Assembly: GCA_046160785.1 (NCBI GenBank)
Contig: JBJXHE010000076.1
Span: 8,220-72,219, forward strand
Direction of reading: 5' to 3'
Origin: Planctomycetota bacterium
GTDB taxonomy: Bacteria; Planctomycetota; UBA1135; JACQFD01
Length of the DNA stretch: 64,000 nucleotides
Within the stretch, counting starts at the first letter, position 1, and the number at the start of each line of letters is the position of its first letter. This document shows, in pieces, positions 1 to 10,774 of the stretch. Position numbers and translations under genes: made by a program. The notes under the pieces were generated by a model. It ran no database searches. It saw only the letters and a program-made list of their open reading frames with translations, and was not told the DNA's origin.

Positions 1-33
1 CCTAAAATTAAGAATTAAGCCCTAAATAAAAAT

Positions 34-1389
34 TTAAGATTGACGCTGGGTCATTCCGCTTGGATTCAACCCGCTCTTCAGGAAGCCTTCATAATTGCGC
101 ATCACTAATTGTGCATTCAGTTTGTCGACGAGGTCGAGCGCAACGCTTACAACAATTAAAACGCTGGTTCCGCCGAGGAATGCCGAAACCTGCGCGTCAT
201 ACGCGAATTCACTTCTTACAAATCCTGGAATGACCGCAATGATCGAAAGGAATGCAGCGCCCGCGAGGGTCACCCTCATCACGACGCCTTCTAAATATTC
301 TTCAGTGCGCTTGCCGGGGCGAATCCCCGGAATGAACGCGCCGCTATCCTTTAGATTCTCAGCAATTTCTCCTGGACGAAACATAACAGTTGTCCAAAAG
401 AACGAGAAGAAAAAGATCAGCGCGGAGTACAACGTGATATATACAAAACCGTCGGGCGAATAAAATAAGTCTCTAAATTTCGTGAGGCCAAACACTTCGC
501 CGATGAACGACGGAACTAAGAATAATGCCTGTGCAAAGATGATCGGCATGACACCGGTCATATTGAGCTTCAGCGGTAAATAGTGCTTTTGACCGGAATA
601 TACTTTTCCGCCGCGAACCATCTTTTGTTGTTGAATCGGAATTCGCCGCTGTCCCTTTGTTATATAAACGATTGCCGCGACAACAACGACCCAGATCGCT
701 AATACTTCTAGAACCGACGCGAGCGCTTGGCCCGAGTTTTCGGAGACTTCAAAAAAGCTAACGATCGACTGCGGCAGGCGCGCGATGATTCCCGCCATAA
801 TAATAATCGACGTGCCGTTTCCGACGCCGTGCTCTTGTATCTGTTCGCCGAGCCACATGACGAACATCGCTCCCGCGGTCAGCGCAATAACAATAATGAC
901 TCCACCACCGAGCGTCGGCCCGTCGGGCAGAAGGCGCATGTTACCATAATCTTTCGCGATGACGCCCGTGTATACAAATGTTGCCTGAACAATACAGATC
1001 GGAATCGTAAGATACCGCGTTAATTGATTGATTCGCTTTTGCCCGGCCTGGCCTTCCTTGCTGAGCGCTTCGAGCGACGGGATTACTTTTACTAACAATG
1101 ACAAAATGATCGACGCCGAGATGTACGGCATCACACCGAGCGAAAACAGGTCGAATTGTAAAATACTCGATCCTGTCAACATTGACATCATGCCGAACAG
1201 CGAACCGCGCGCGCCCTGGGCGTTTCGCGCTTCCTCCATCGTCGAGATATCAATTCCAGGCAGCGGTATGAAATACCCGAGTCTGTAAACTAATAATATT
1301 CCGCACGTGATTAAGATGCGGTTTCGAAGCTCTGGAATCTTAAAAAGATTCAAAAACGAAAGCGTGGGGTTTTGGGTGGGAGCTGCCAT
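34..1389 (-). CDS. secY: preprotein translocase subunit SecY
   Basis: 451-aa polytopic ORF with SecY-typical stretches (NLKDSGAFIPGIRPGKRT, GGTSVLIVVSVALD). Lies at the distal end of the spc cluster directly after rplO. Confidence 0.95.
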   Translation of the reverse strand: MAAPTQNPTLSFLNLFKIPELRNRILITCGILLVYRLGYFIPLPGIDISTMEEARNAQGARGSLFGMMSMLTGSSILQFDLFSLGVMPYISASIILSLLVKVIPSLEALSKEGQAGQKRINQLTRYLTIPICIVQATFVYTGVIAKDYGNMRLLPDGPTLGGGVIIVIALTAGAMFVMWLGEQIQEHGVGNGTSIIIMAGIIARLPQSIVSFFEVSENSGQALASVLEVLAIWVVVVAAIVYITKGQRRIPIQQQKMVRGGKVYSGQKHYLPLKLNMTGVMPIIFAQALFLVPSFIGEVFGLTKFRDLFYSPDGFVYITLYSALIFFFSFFWTTVMFRPGEIAENLKDSGAFIPGIRPGKRTEEYLEGVVMRVTLAGAAFLSIIAVIPGFVRSEFAYDAQVSAFLGGTSVLIVVSVALDLVDKLNAQLVMRNYEGFLKSGLNPSGMTQRQS

Positions 1390-1443
1390 ATCGTCCGAGC
1401 CGGATTGTAAAAGTTGTCGGTATTAGCGAATTCTGATCCGAAC

Positions 1444-2040
1444 CTACTTCTTTCCGCCGCCCCCCGGTTTGCCGCCCTTGCCAGCGTCCGTTGTTTTTGT
1501 AGCTTTCTTTGCGGTCGGCGAAACTTTCGCTCGCTTCGGCTTTGCAACAGATGGAATCTTTTCGCGCGCCGCCTTCTTCTTGATGGACTTGCGCACTTTC
1601 GTTTCCTCAACGCTGCCGCCCGCTTTTTCAATCTTTGCGCGCGCCGAAGCGGAAACGCGATCCGCCACGACGGTCAGCGTTTTTGTAACTTCGCCGTCGC
1701 CGAGCACTTTTAACAAATCCGTTTCTTTGCTTGTGAGGCCGTGCTCCAGAATTGCATTTAAATCAACGCGCGCGCCATTTGGAAACGCGTTGAGATCGCT
1801 AACATTAACAATCGTGTAGCGAGTCGCAAAGTCGACATTACTAAAACCCTTTTTGGGTAATCGGCGGTAAATGGGCATCTGTCCGCCTTCGTAGCCGGGC
1901 TTGGCCGACCAGCCCGAACGAGCGCGCGCGCCTTTATGTCCGCGCGCGGAAGTCTTGCCGAGCCCGGAACCTGTGCCGCGGCCCACTCGCTTACGATCCG
2001 GAAACGCCGTTCCGGGACCAAGTACAGTATTTAAATTCAT
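1444..2040 (-). CDS. rplO: 50S ribosomal protein L15, with a Lys/Ala-rich C-terminal tail
   Basis: N-terminus KRVGRGTGSGLGKTSARGHKG is the L15 signature. Position between rpsE and secY fits. The last ~50 aa are low-complexity K/A/G. Its ATG overlaps the rpsE stop (TAATG). Confidence 0.93.
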   Translation of the reverse strand: MNLNTVLGPGTAFPDRKRVGRGTGSGLGKTSARGHKGARARSGWSAKPGYEGGQMPIYRRLPKKGFSNVDFATRYTIVNVSDLNAFPNGARVDLNAILEHGLTSKETDLLKVLGDGEVTKTLTVVADRVSASARAKIEKAGGSVEETKVRKSIKKKAAREKIPSVAKPKRAKVSPTAKKATKTTDAGKGGKPGGGGKK

Positions 2041-2546
2041 TATAGTTTTACTCCGCGAATCTCTTCCTGCTGTTCGCGCGTTCGAAGTTTGCTAACGGCG
2101 TCGACGCACGCCTTTACTAAATTTACGGCCGTCGACGATCCGTAGACTTTTGTTAAACAATCGCGCACGCCGGAAAGCTCCAATACGGCGCGCACACAGT
2201 TGCCAGCGATGATGCCGGTGCCGGGCGCCGCTGGAATGAGCTTTACGGCCGAGGAACCGAACTGGCCGGTCACCTCATGCGGAATTGTAGTACGCGTTCG
2301 CGGCACTCTTAACAAATGTTTGCGCGCGTCGCGATTACTCTTTTCAACCGCGGACGGAACTTCTTTAGCTTTGGAAAAACCAAAACCAACAATTCCATCG
2401 CGATTGCCTACAACGGTGAGTGCCGAGAACGAGAACCGGCGGCCGCCCTTAACAACGGCGGCAGAACGGTTCACTTTGACGACGACTTCCTCGAGTTGTA
2501 GTGAGGAGGCTTCTGTATGATCTAGAAATTCGACGTGAAGTGCCAA
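2040..2546 (-). CDS. rpsE: 30S ribosomal protein S5
   Basis: VVKVNRSAAVVKGGRRFSFSALTVVGN and the GTGIIAG motif. Order is rplR-rpsE-rplO. Confidence 0.95.
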   Translation of the reverse strand: MALHVEFLDHTEASSLQLEEVVVKVNRSAAVVKGGRRFSFSALTVVGNRDGIVGFGFSKAKEVPSAVEKSNRDARKHLLRVPRTRTTIPHEVTGQFGSSAVKLIPAAPGTGIIAGNCVRAVLELSGVRDCLTKVYGSSTAVNLVKACVDAVSKLRTREQQEEIRGVKL

Positions 2547-2632
2547 AGGAGTCTACTTATTCAAAAGTGAATATTCGAATGGAATTGTTAATTATTATTT
2601 ATTTGTAGTTTAAAACTTTAAACCAGCTCTTA

Positions 2633-3007
2633 CTAAAACTTTAAGCCAGCCTTGCGTGCAGCATCGGCGAGAGCCTTGACGCGGCCGTGATAACGAAACG
2701 GGCCGCGATCGAACACGACGTGCTCGATTCCTTTTTCTTTCGCGCGCTTTGCGATGGACTCGCCAATCACGCGCGACTGCTCGCTTTTTGTTAGTTTCTT
2801 GGGCGCGGCCGTTCCCATGATTTCTTTCTCATGAGTCGACGCGCACGCGAGTGTGCGCCCCGCCAAATCATCAATAATCTGAACCGAAATGTGTTTCACA
2901 GATCGGAATACAGATAATCGCGGGCGGCCAACCTGCGCGCGCAACGCTTTTCGTACAGATCGCGCGCGGCGTTCGCGGCGATCCCATTTGAGGTCTTGCT
3001 GTGTCAT
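2633..3007 (-). CDS. rplR: 50S ribosomal protein L18
   Basis: [20 protein letters not shown] and the C-terminal [26 protein letters not shown] are L18 hallmarks. Confidence 0.93.
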   Translation of the reverse strand: MTQQDLKWDRRERRARSVRKALRAQVGRPRLSVFRSVKHISVQIIDDLAGRTLACASTHEKEIMGTAAPKKLTKSEQSRVIGESIAKRAKEKGIEHVVFDRGPFRYHGRVKALADAARKAGLKF

Positions 3008-3066
3008 AGTAAATATTCAATAAAAATTGATCGATAATTATTTGATAAAATTAGGACTTAATAAAA

Positions 3067-3609
3067 TTAAGTCGTGCCGAACGACTTGCCCTGCTTGCGC
3101 TTGATGACTTCGTCGCTGTATTTGATACCTTTTCCGTTGTACGGCTCCGGCGGGCGAACCATGCGGATCTTCGCGGCCAGCTGTCCGACGCTCTGCCGGT
3201 CGATGCCCTTAATAATAATATTAATCGGCGCCGGTGTTTCGACGGTGACGCCCTGCGGAATCGGGATTCGCACGGGGTGGCAGAAGCCAATTGTTAAAAC
3301 AACATCTTTGCCTTCGACCTTCGCGCCCCAGCCGACGCCCGCAATATCAAGATTCTTTTCGTAGCCTGCAGATACGCCGCGAATCATGTTCGCGCACATC
3401 GCGCGAGTGAGCCCGTGGTGAACCTTCGCTTCGCGCGTATTTCCGGCGCGCTTGACGTGTAGCAACGTGCCCGCGACATCGAGCGACAACTCGCGATGCA
3501 ACGGAAATTTTAAGGTTCCTTTCGGACCCGTAACTGTAATAGCGCCCTTGTCCGTTGTTAATTTAACACCGGAAGGAATTGCTACAGGAACTTTGCCAAG
3601 CCGCGACAT
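3067..3609 (-). CDS. rplF: 50S ribosomal protein L6
   Basis: MSRLGKVPVAIPSGVKL start and the PEPYNGKGIKY motif. spc-cluster position fits. Confidence 0.95.
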   Translation of the reverse strand: MSRLGKVPVAIPSGVKLTTDKGAITVTGPKGTLKFPLHRELSLDVAGTLLHVKRAGNTREAKVHHGLTRAMCANMIRGVSAGYEKNLDIAGVGWGAKVEGKDVVLTIGFCHPVRIPIPQGVTVETPAPINIIIKGIDRQSVGQLAAKIRMVRPPEPYNGKGIKYSDEVIKRKQGKSFGTT

Positions 3610-3681
3610 GAATAACCTCTAGGATACAATTCGATGATTAATAATAGAATTTTAAAGTATTAATATAATAATTCGGCCGAT

Positions 3682-4080
3682 TTACCAAATGGTAGCTAAC
3701 AGTTCGCCGCCGACGCCCGATTCGCGCGCCTTGCGGCCGCTAATCACACCCGACGTCGTTGATAACACTGACATTCCCTGGCCATTGCGAACTTTGGGAA
3801 TATTCGTCGCGGAAACGTAGTAACGGCGGCCCGGCTTGCTTTCGCGCCGAATCTCGCGGATCACGCGCTGGCCGTCGCGATCATATTTTAGTTTTACTCT
3901 TAGTTTTCCGGGGAGAGGGTCGGCAACCACTTCGAAGTCGGCGAGAAATCCTTCTTCTTTCAGAACGATCGCCAGCGCCGTTCGCATCTTCGAAAGCGGC
4001 ATTTCGATCCATTCACGGCGGATCATATTCGCATTTCGAACATGCGTCAGAAAATCCGCGATCGGGTCGGTCATTGTCAT
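3682..4080 (-). CDS. rpsH: 30S ribosomal protein S8
   Basis: MTDPIADFLTHVRNA start and the C-terminal GGELLATIW are typical of S8. Confidence 0.95.
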   Translation of the reverse strand: MTMTDPIADFLTHVRNANMIRREWIEMPLSKMRTALAIVLKEEGFLADFEVVADPLPGKLRVKLKYDRDGQRVIREIRRESKPGRRYYVSATNIPKVRNGQGMSVLSTTSGVISGRKARESGVGGELLATIW

Positions 4081-4135
4081 TGTTAGTATCCGTTCGTTAA
4101 TCAGTTCGATTATTAGTTGAGTTCGTTATTATTAT

Positions 4136-4321
4136 TTACCAAGAAGCCTTGCGAACTCCGGGCAATTCACCCTTGAGCGCGAGGCTTCGGAAGCAAATGC
4201 GGCAGAGTAAGAATTTTCTGTAAACACCGCGCGCGCGGCCGCAAATTTGACAGCGCGTGTAGCCACGCGACGAAAATTTGGGAACGCGCTGTTGTTTTGC
4301 GATGAGTGAAGTCTTGGCCAA
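4136..4321 (-). CDS. rpsN: 30S ribosomal protein S14, type Z (zinc-ribbon form)
   Basis: 61 aa with CQICGRARG...CRICFR (two CxxC pairs) and a C-terminal PGVRKASW. Confidence 0.93.
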   Translation of the reverse strand: MAKTSLIAKQQRVPKFSSRGYTRCQICGRARGVYRKFLLCRICFRSLALKGELPGVRKASW

Positions 4322-4377
4322 GGCAGTATTTTACTAAAAGGAGTTTTTATATATTTTTGGAAATATTGTAATATTTA

Positions 4378-4983
4378 CTATCTTCGGAACGGCATGCCGA
4401 GTTTTTCGAGAAGAGCTTCCGCATGTTTATCTTTGCCCGAGTTCGTGCAAATTGTAATATTCATACCTTGCACAAACTCAACCTTGTCGAGCGGAATCTC
4501 GGGGAACACGGATTGTTCAGAAAGCCCAAAGCTATAATTACCGCGTCCGTCGAATTTGCGCGGAAGCCCGCGGAAATCGCGAATACGCGGAATCACAATA
4601 GATACAATGCGATCGAGGAATTCATACATTCGCTCGCGGCGAAGTGTAACTTTGAGGCCGATCGGCATTCCCTGCCGGAGCCGGAAGCTCGAAATCGAGC
4701 TCTTCGCTTTTGTTATAATCGGTTTCTGGCCCGTGATCGACGCGATGTCGCGCGCGGCCTGGTCCATACGTGCGCGATTTTCAATCGACTTGCCGACGCC
4801 CATCGTCACAAGAATCTTAGTAATTCGCGGAACCGCGAATTTATTATCAATTTTCAAGTCTTTCGCGAGCGCGGACGCGATCTCGTCGCGATATCGCTCT
4901 CCGAGGCGCGGCTTCACAACAACGGTAGTTACCGGAGCGTGAGTCGCAGCCGCTGGATTCGCTTCTTTTTCTTTCTTAGCCAT
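4378..4983 (-). CDS. rplE: 50S ribosomal protein L5
   Basis: PRITKILVTMGVG, FRLRQGMPIG and GNYSFGLSEQSVFPEI motifs. Has a ~20-aa N-terminal extension. Confidence 0.95.
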   Translation of the reverse strand: MAKKEKEANPAAATHAPVTTVVVKPRLGERYRDEIASALAKDLKIDNKFAVPRITKILVTMGVGKSIENRARMDQAARDIASITGQKPIITKAKSSISSFRLRQGMPIGLKVTLRRERMYEFLDRIVSIVIPRIRDFRGLPRKFDGRGNYSFGLSEQSVFPEIPLDKVEFVQGMNITICTNSGKDKHAEALLEKLGMPFRR

Positions 4984-5042
4984 TTTAATAATATTTTTCG
5001 GTGGCCCGTGATTGAGTAGTTCTGGAATTATTACTGTTAGTA

Positions 5043-5408
5043 TTACTTTACGCCGAGCGCTTCTTTAGTTTTTACAGAAACGCGGACCTTTTCATTGCCG
5101 CGCATTTCATGCCGCACCCGGACGCCTTTGTTAGCTTTTTCGTCAAATAACAAAACATTGGACGCGTGAATCGGCGTTTCGCGTTGAATGCGCCCGCCCT
5201 TCGGATTCTTAGCATCTTTTTTCAGATGCTTCCAATGAATGTTAATGCCTTTAATCGTGACGCGCCCGCGCGTGCGATTGATAGCAATCACTTCGCCCGT
5301 TTTGCCGCGATCGTTTCCGGCGATGACTTGAACTAGGTCGCCCTTGCGGACGTGAAGTTTGCGCATCGGCGCCGGCTTCGGTTTTCTCTTAACCATTTTG
5401 TTAAACAA
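5043..5408 (-). CDS. rplX: 50S ribosomal protein L24
   Basis: KOW motif [21 protein letters not shown]. Overlaps the rplN 3' end by 8 nt. Confidence 0.93.
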   Translation of the reverse strand: MFNKMVKRKPKPAPMRKLHVRKGDLVQVIAGNDRGKTGEVIAINRTRGRVTIKGINIHWKHLKKDAKNPKGGRIQRETPIHASNVLLFDEKANKGVRVRHEMRGNEKVRVSVKTKEALGVK

Positions 5409-5769
5409 CCTCCTGCGCGAGCGAAACGATTTTCATAAAATTCTTGTCGCGGAGTTCGCGTGCGACGGCGCCGAAAATGCGAGTGCCCTTCGGATTATTA
5501 TCAGCATCCAAAAGCACCATGGCGTTTCTATCAAATCGGACGTAGGAGCCGTCTTCGCGGCGCACGTTCGCACGTGTGCGAACGATTACGCCCTTCACTA
5601 CAGATCCTTGTTTGACGTCGCTGTTTGGGATCGCTTTTTTAACTGATGCTACAATAATATCGCCAATTGTAGCATATCGGCGGCGGCTGCCGCCGAGGAC
5701 TTTGACACACATCGCGATTTTCGCGCCGGTGTTGTCCGCGACGTCCAGGTACGTGCGCATCTGTATCAT
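5401..5769 (-). CDS. rplN: 50S ribosomal protein L14
   Basis: [17 protein letters not shown] start is near-universal for L14. Confidence 0.96.
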   Translation of the reverse strand: MIQMRTYLDVADNTGAKIAMCVKVLGGSRRRYATIGDIIVASVKKAIPNSDVKQGSVVKGVIVRTRANVRREDGSYVRFDRNAMVLLDADNNPKGTRIFGAVARELRDKNFMKIVSLAQEVV

Positions 5770-6128
5770 TACTGATTCTCCTTCGATGCATTCATCGCAT
5801 CCGCGAGCGCGAGTGAAGGTTCGGAAACTGTAAATTCGTCGGCGCGCTCCGATCGTTCAATAATTCGAATGAGCCTCCAACGCTTCAATTTGGAAAGCGG
5901 CCTTGTTTCCATAATTTCAACAAGGTCTCCGACGCGCGCCTGTTGATTTGGATCATCAACATAAAATCGCGTATAGCGACGGAGGTACTTTCCATACTTT
6001 GGATGGCGGACGTGGCGAATGACCTGCACGACCGCCGTCTTTTTCATTTTCGCGCTCTTCACGCGGCCCTGCACAAGCTTGCGGTTTGCGCGCTCGCCGG
6101 TTGTCGGAGCTTTTGTAGTTTCTGCCAT
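5769..6128 (-). CDS. rpsQ: 30S ribosomal protein S17
   Basis: [16 protein letters not shown]...HPKYGKY...[15 protein letters not shown]. Extended at both termini compared with the usual ~85 aa. Confidence 0.92.
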   Translation of the reverse strand: MAETTKAPTTGERANRKLVQGRVKSAKMKKTAVVQVIRHVRHPKYGKYLRRYTRFYVDDPNQQARVGDLVEIMETRPLSKLKRWRLIRIIERSERADEFTVSEPSLALADAMNASKENQ

Positions 6129-6159
6129 TGTTAGTTAAATAAAACTGTTAGTTGAATGA

Positions 6160-6408
6160 TTATTTAGTTTTCGTTGAAGCCTTAGTTTTAGACTGCGTTT
6201 TTGCGGCGCGTTCCGCGAGAATAGTATTCAGCCGCGCGACGTCGCGGCGGATTTGTGTAAATCGAGCGGGGCTCGCAACGGCCTCGGTCGCGCTTTTGAA
6301 GCGAAGCTCGAACGCCTCTTTGCTAAGTTTTTCGATCTGCGAGCGGAGTTCGATATCCTCTCGCTCTCGCATTTCGCGCACGCGGGTTCGGGAATTTAAC
6401 TTTTCCAT
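6160..6408 (-). CDS. rpmC: 50S ribosomal protein L29
   Basis: 82-aa helical ORF (LRSQIEKLSKEAFELRF, RRDVARLNT) between rplP and rpsQ. Confidence 0.88.
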   Translation of the reverse strand: MEKLNSRTRVREMREREDIELRSQIEKLSKEAFELRFKSATEAVASPARFTQIRRDVARLNTILAERAAKTQSKTKASTKTK

Positions 6409-6485
6409 GGAAAGGTAACGTTAATTAAAAGTTGTAATAATATTTTTGTGAATGGATAATGGCGAGCAGCGGCAATTTATATTAA

Positions 6486-6905
6486 TTATTGCCCCGCGAG
6501 CTGGCGCCGCACGAAGCGCGTCTTAACAGATAACTTGTGCGCGACGCGATTGAACGCCGTTCGCGCGATGTCTTCGGTAACGCCTCCGATTTCGAACAAA
6601 ATCGTTCCGGGCTTCACGACACAGACCCAGAATTCGGGCTCGCCTTTTCCGTGTCCCATGCGCGTTTCGAGCGGTTTCTTAGTAACCGGCTTATGGGGAA
6701 ATATACGAATCCAAATCTTAGCTTCGCCCGCTGCGCGCGATGCCGCGACGCGGCCCGCCTCGACTTCACGGCCGGTGAGCCACGCCTGTTCGAGCGTTTG
6801 CAAACCGAAGTCTCCAAATGCGACGCGGTTTCCGCGCGTGGCGTTGCCGCGCATCACACCGCGATGCATTTTTCGATACTTCACACGCTTCGGCATCAGT
6901 GCCAC
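6486..6905 (-). CDS. rplP: 50S ribosomal protein L16
   Basis: [13 protein letters not shown]...FGDFGL motifs. GTG start is preceded by AAGGAG; an ATG three codons in is an alternative start. Confidence 0.96.
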   Translation of the reverse strand: MALMPKRVKYRKMHRGVMRGNATRGNRVAFGDFGLQTLEQAWLTGREVEAGRVAASRAAGEAKIWIRIFPHKPVTKKPLETRMGHGKGEPEFWVCVVKPGTILFEIGGVTEDIARTAFNRVAHKLSVKTRFVRRQLAGQ

Positions 6906-6980
6906 AGGGAATACTCCTTAATGATAATGAATACGTTGGTTAATATTTGGAATTGATATATATGATTCAGTAATAGTTAT

Positions 6981-7754
6981 TTAACTATTCGCTGCCGGAG
7001 CCGCGGGCGCGGCCGCTGGGCTCGCCGTGGAGCTGCTGCCCCCACGTTCAGAATTAGCCTGTCCGCCGCCTGCACTCGACCCGACGAGCGGCCGAATCGG
7101 ACCTGCGTCTGGAACGGCGTCGCGCGAACGAATGCCTTTGAAGATCCATACTTTTACGCCGACCGTTCCGTACGTCGTTTCCGCGCGCGCGATTCCAAAA
7201 TCAATTTCCGCGCGAAGTGTAGTAAGCGGAATTCGGCCTTCGAGAATCTTTTCGCTGCGCGCGATTTCCGCGCCGCCGAGGCGTCCGCCTAATTGTATCT
7301 TTATACCTTTCGCGCCGGCTTGCATGGTGGCCTGAATCGCTTTCTTAGTAACTCTGCGGAACGCGGCGCGCTTTTCTAACTGTTCCGCAATCGACTCCGC
7401 GACAAGCTTTGCATCGAGTTCGGGACGCTTGATTTCTCGAATAAACAATTCGACGTGGCGCGTCTTTCCTACAATTTTTTCCAAATCAGTCTTTAATTCA
7501 TCGACGCGCGCGCCTTTTCGGCCAACGAGCACGCCAGGGCGCGCGGTGTGAATTGTAATTCTTACAGATTCGCCGGTGCGCTCAATTTCAACTTTAGGAA
7601 CGCCCGCGGCCTTGTGCTTCGTTTCTACTAATTTACGAATCTTAAAATCTTCGAGTACGAGCTTTGCGAAGTCTTTTTGTGTCCCGTACCAACGAGACCG
7701 CCACGTCTCGGTGTAACCAAGCCGGAATCCAAGCGGATGTGTCTTTTGACCCAT
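6981..7754 (-). CDS. rpsC: 30S ribosomal protein S3, with an Ala/Pro/Ser-rich tail
   Basis: [13 protein letters not shown] start, KH domain, [10 protein letters not shown] motif. The last ~50 aa are low complexity. Confidence 0.96.
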   Translation of the reverse strand: MGQKTHPLGFRLGYTETWRSRWYGTQKDFAKLVLEDFKIRKLVETKHKAAGVPKVEIERTGESVRITIHTARPGVLVGRKGARVDELKTDLEKIVGKTRHVELFIREIKRPELDAKLVAESIAEQLEKRAAFRRVTKKAIQATMQAGAKGIKIQLGGRLGGAEIARSEKILEGRIPLTTLRAEIDFGIARAETTYGTVGVKVWIFKGIRSRDAVPDAGPIRPLVGSSAGGGQANSERGGSSSTASPAAAPAAPAANS

Positions 7755-7800
7755 AGTGTTTGTTCAGTTTTCTTTTATTTATCTTCAGTGATTAGATATA

Positions 7801-8298
7801 TTATTTGGACGCTTTTGCTTTTGTAGTCTTTTTAGCCCCTGCACTTTTTGCAGCTGGCGTTTTTGTAGCAGCAGCTTTCTTTGCGCCGGCATTCGCGGGT
7901 TCGCCCGACGCTACAGCTTTGGTCTTTGCGGCCGAGCGCTTGGTGCCGTCCTCGGCGCGTTCCGCGAGAACAATATGAATATGGCTCGTTCGCTTGCGAA
8001 TCGGGAGCGCGCGTCCCATCGGGCCTGGATTATATCTAAAACCACCTTGGATCAGCGGGCCGCCGTCGATCCAGAGTTTGCTTACAAATAAACGATTCGC
8101 GTTCACTTGTCCGTCCTGCGTCGCATTCGAGATCGCCGACTTTAACAATCGCGTCAAGAACGCCGAGCCGCGGCGGTGCGTAAACGTTAATATATCTAAT
8201 GCCGCGTTGACGTCGCGTCCGCGGACGAGATCCGCGACGTAGCGCGCTTTGCGCGCGGAGATACGGGCGAAATTGTGGTGGGCCTGAAAGCTAGACAT
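7801..8298 (-). CDS. rplV: 50S ribosomal protein L22, with a Lys/Ala-rich tail
   Basis: ARISARKARYVADLVRGRDVNAAL is an L22 hallmark. The C-terminal ~50 aa resemble AKKAAATKTPAAKSAGAKKTTKAKASK. Confidence 0.93.
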   Translation of the reverse strand: MSSFQAHHNFARISARKARYVADLVRGRDVNAALDILTFTHRRGSAFLTRLLKSAISNATQDGQVNANRLFVSKLWIDGGPLIQGGFRYNPGPMGRALPIRKRTSHIHIVLAERAEDGTKRSAAKTKAVASGEPANAGAKKAAATKTPAAKSAGAKKTTKAKASK

Positions 8299-8343
8299 AG
8301 CGATTATTGCCTTTTATTACAATATTAATTTTAATATTAGTTA

Positions 8344-8661
8344 TTATTTCTTGCCGCCGCCGGGTGAAGGCGCAGGCGCCGCCGCCGCTGCCTGGGCGTC
8401 CTTTTCTCGCTTGCTCGTGTGGCCGCGGAACGTTCGCGTCGGCGCGAATTCTCCGAGCTTGTGACCGACCATGTCTTCCACAACATAAACTTTCGCAAAC
8501 TTGCGGCCGTCATGAACGAGGAACGATTTATTAATAAAATCGGGTGTGATCGTCGACGCGCGCGACCACGTTTTAATAGCATCCGAATTCGGACGGATGG
8601 CGAGAACTCGCTTCATGAGTCGTTCCTCGACAAACGCGCCTTTCTTACTACTTCTACTCAT
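8344..8661 (-). CDS. rpsS: 30S ribosomal protein S19
   Basis: [11 protein letters not shown] start and the [16 protein letters not shown] motif. Short Ala/Pro/Gly/Lys tail. Confidence 0.95.
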   Translation of the reverse strand: MSRSSKKGAFVEERLMKRVLAIRPNSDAIKTWSRASTITPDFINKSFLVHDGRKFAKVYVVEDMVGHKLGEFAPTRTFRGHTSKREKDAQAAAAAPAPSPGGGKK

Positions 8662-8754
8662 ATTTGATACGTATGGTTAAATTGCAGTTACAATTCAGAA
8701 TTTATATTTGGATTGTTAGTATATTAAAAGGTTATTATAATTAACCAATTATGA

Positions 8755-9603
8755 TTAGCCTTGGCGGTAATGCGGTCCGGCTGGCCGGCGCCGAAGGATG
8801 AAGCGAGTGCTTGGATTCTTGCGCGCGCGCGTCTTTCCGCCTTTTGATAGAACGCCCGTCGGCGAGCACGATGCGCGGCCGCCCGCGGAACGTCCTTCAC
8901 CACCGCCCATTGGGTGAGCAACCGGGTTCTGAGCCACGCCGCGAACCTTCGGGCGGCGGCCCATGTGGCGCGCGCGTCCCGCCTTTCCTAACGATACGTT
9001 TTGGTGGTCGAGGTTGCCGACGCGTCCAATTGTAGCGCGGCACTCAACGTGTACTTTTCGAAGTTCGCCGCTCGGCATAACTAATAATGCGTAGTCCCCT
9101 TCGCGCGCTGAAAGGCGCGCGGCCATTCCGGCCGATCGCGCTATTTTTCCGCCGGAGCCCGGGAATTGTTCAATGTTATGAACTTCGAGACCCATCGGAA
9201 TCTTAGAAAGAGGCATCGCATATCCAATCTTAGGTTCGACCTCGAGACCGGAAAGAAGCGTATCGCCAATATTGAGTCCGACCGGCGCGAGAATATAACG
9301 TTTCTCGCCGTCCGCATAATTTAACAATGCGATGCGCGCCGAACGATTTGGATCATATTCAATATGCGCGACGGCCGCGGGAATATTATCTTTATCTCGG
9401 CGGAAATCGATCATTCGATACATCCGGCGGTGGCCGCCGCCGATGTGACGAGCTGTGATATGTCCGTGATTATTGCGTCCGCCTGTCTTGCGCGCGGGCT
9501 CAACGAGCGAGCGCTCAGGAGACGTTTTTGTTACTTCCGCGAAGTCGAGCACAGAGCCGTGCCGGCGCGCCGCGGAAGTCGGTCGATAGAATTTGATGCC
9601 CAT
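8755..9603 (-). CDS. rplB: 50S ribosomal protein L2
   Basis: [36 protein letters not shown]. Confidence 0.97.
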   Translation of the reverse strand: MGIKFYRPTSAARRHGSVLDFAEVTKTSPERSLVEPARKTGGRNNHGHITARHIGGGHRRMYRMIDFRRDKDNIPAAVAHIEYDPNRSARIALLNYADGEKRYILAPVGLNIGDTLLSGLEVEPKIGYAMPLSKIPMGLEVHNIEQFPGSGGKIARSAGMAARLSAREGDYALLVMPSGELRKVHVECRATIGRVGNLDHQNVSLGKAGRARHMGRRPKVRGVAQNPVAHPMGGGEGRSAGGRASCSPTGVLSKGGKTRARKNPSTRFILRRRPAGPHYRQG

Positions 9604-9673
9604 AGGTTGTTAGTATTTTTTCGGGCTAGGTGGATTAGTAGTTAAGATTCGTTATATTATTTGTTTATTAATT

Positions 9674-9970
9674 TTAAACGTATTCGATAGCCTGTCCGGC
9701 CTGGAGTGAAACAATCGCGCGCTTCGTGTCGGGAAAGTGGCCCTTCAGGTAACCGCGACGCAGTTCCTTTCCCATCCGGCGGACGGTATTCACACTTAAT
9801 ACTTTAACGTTAAAAATCGCCTCGATCGCGCGGCGGATTTCAATTTTATTAGCATTCGCCAGCACTTCGAAATGATAGGCGTTTCGCTTGCCTTGATCGA
9901 AGTGCGACTTTTCTGTAAACAACGGGCGCTTGAGCACTTCGCGGTAGCGCTTCAGGGATTCTGTATTCAT
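9674..9970 (-). CDS. rplW: 50S ribosomal protein L23
   Basis: 98 aa with KIEIRRAIEAIFNVKVLSVNT, between rplD and rplB. Confidence 0.92.
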   Translation of the reverse strand: MNTESLKRYREVLKRPLFTEKSHFDQGKRNAYHFEVLANANKIEIRRAIEAIFNVKVLSVNTVRRMGKELRRGYLKGHFPDTKRAIVSLQAGQAIEYV

Positions 9971-10020
9971 ATCAATTCAGTTTTCTGTTTTGTTTATTAT
10001 TAGTTTATTTCTTTTATTTA

Positions 10021-10713
10021 TTATTTGGCCGCCGACTTCGCCGCGACGCCGCGGAAGCCGCCCTTCAGTTTTGTCGCCGCTTCTTCTGTTAATAAAACGA
10101 GCCGATTGCGAAGAATGTCATCCGCGTTGAGATCGGCTGCGGTCCGGACGGAAATCTTGGGGAAGTTGCGCATCGAATTCCATGTCGTCGGGTCGTGTTC
10201 CGGAACGACAACAATACAACTCGCTTCACTCCCGATCGCTTTTGTTCCAATGCTGTCTACAATTCCCGCTTTTGATAAATTAGCAAACATCTCGCGCGCG
10301 GACTTCGACGACGCTTTTGGAAATTTAAGATTCGCAACGAGCGCGACTTCTCGATCCTTTAACTTGCCGAACAACGCGCCGCGTAATGCTACAATTAATT
10401 CCTGGCGCGGGCGTGCGTAACCAAAGTCGCGCGGGTGCGGGCCGAAGATCGTGCCGCCGCCTCGCCAAATGGGAGACTTCGCGGATCCGGCGCGCGCGCG
10501 GCCCGTGTGTTTTTGTTTCCACGGTTTTTTAGTAGTACCCGCGACGAAGCTGCGTTCGCGCGTGTCCACCGTGCCCTGGCGCAGATTCTTAGCATACATC
10601 AGCGCCGCTTCGCGCAGACATCGCACGCGGGCGCGGTCGCCAAAAACCGTCTCGTCGAAGTCGACGTCGGAAAGCGTCTTGGCGCCGAAATCGTAACGTT
10701 TTATCTTAACCAT
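10021..10713 (-). CDS. rplD: 50S ribosomal protein L4
   Basis: KPWKQKHTGRARAGSAKSPIWRGGGTIFGP motif. S10-cluster position fits. Confidence 0.92.
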   Translation of the reverse strand: MVKIKRYDFGAKTLSDVDFDETVFGDRARVRCLREAALMYAKNLRQGTVDTRERSFVAGTTKKPWKQKHTGRARAGSAKSPIWRGGGTIFGPHPRDFGYARPRQELIVALRGALFGKLKDREVALVANLKFPKASSKSAREMFANLSKAGIVDSIGTKAIGSEASCIVVVPEHDPTTWNSMRNFPKISVRTAADLNADDILRNRLVLLTEEAATKLKGGFRGVAAKSAAK

Positions 10714-10774
10714 GATTTGTATCGTTTTGAATATATGTATTAAATTATTATAGAATTGTATTTTACTTATGATC

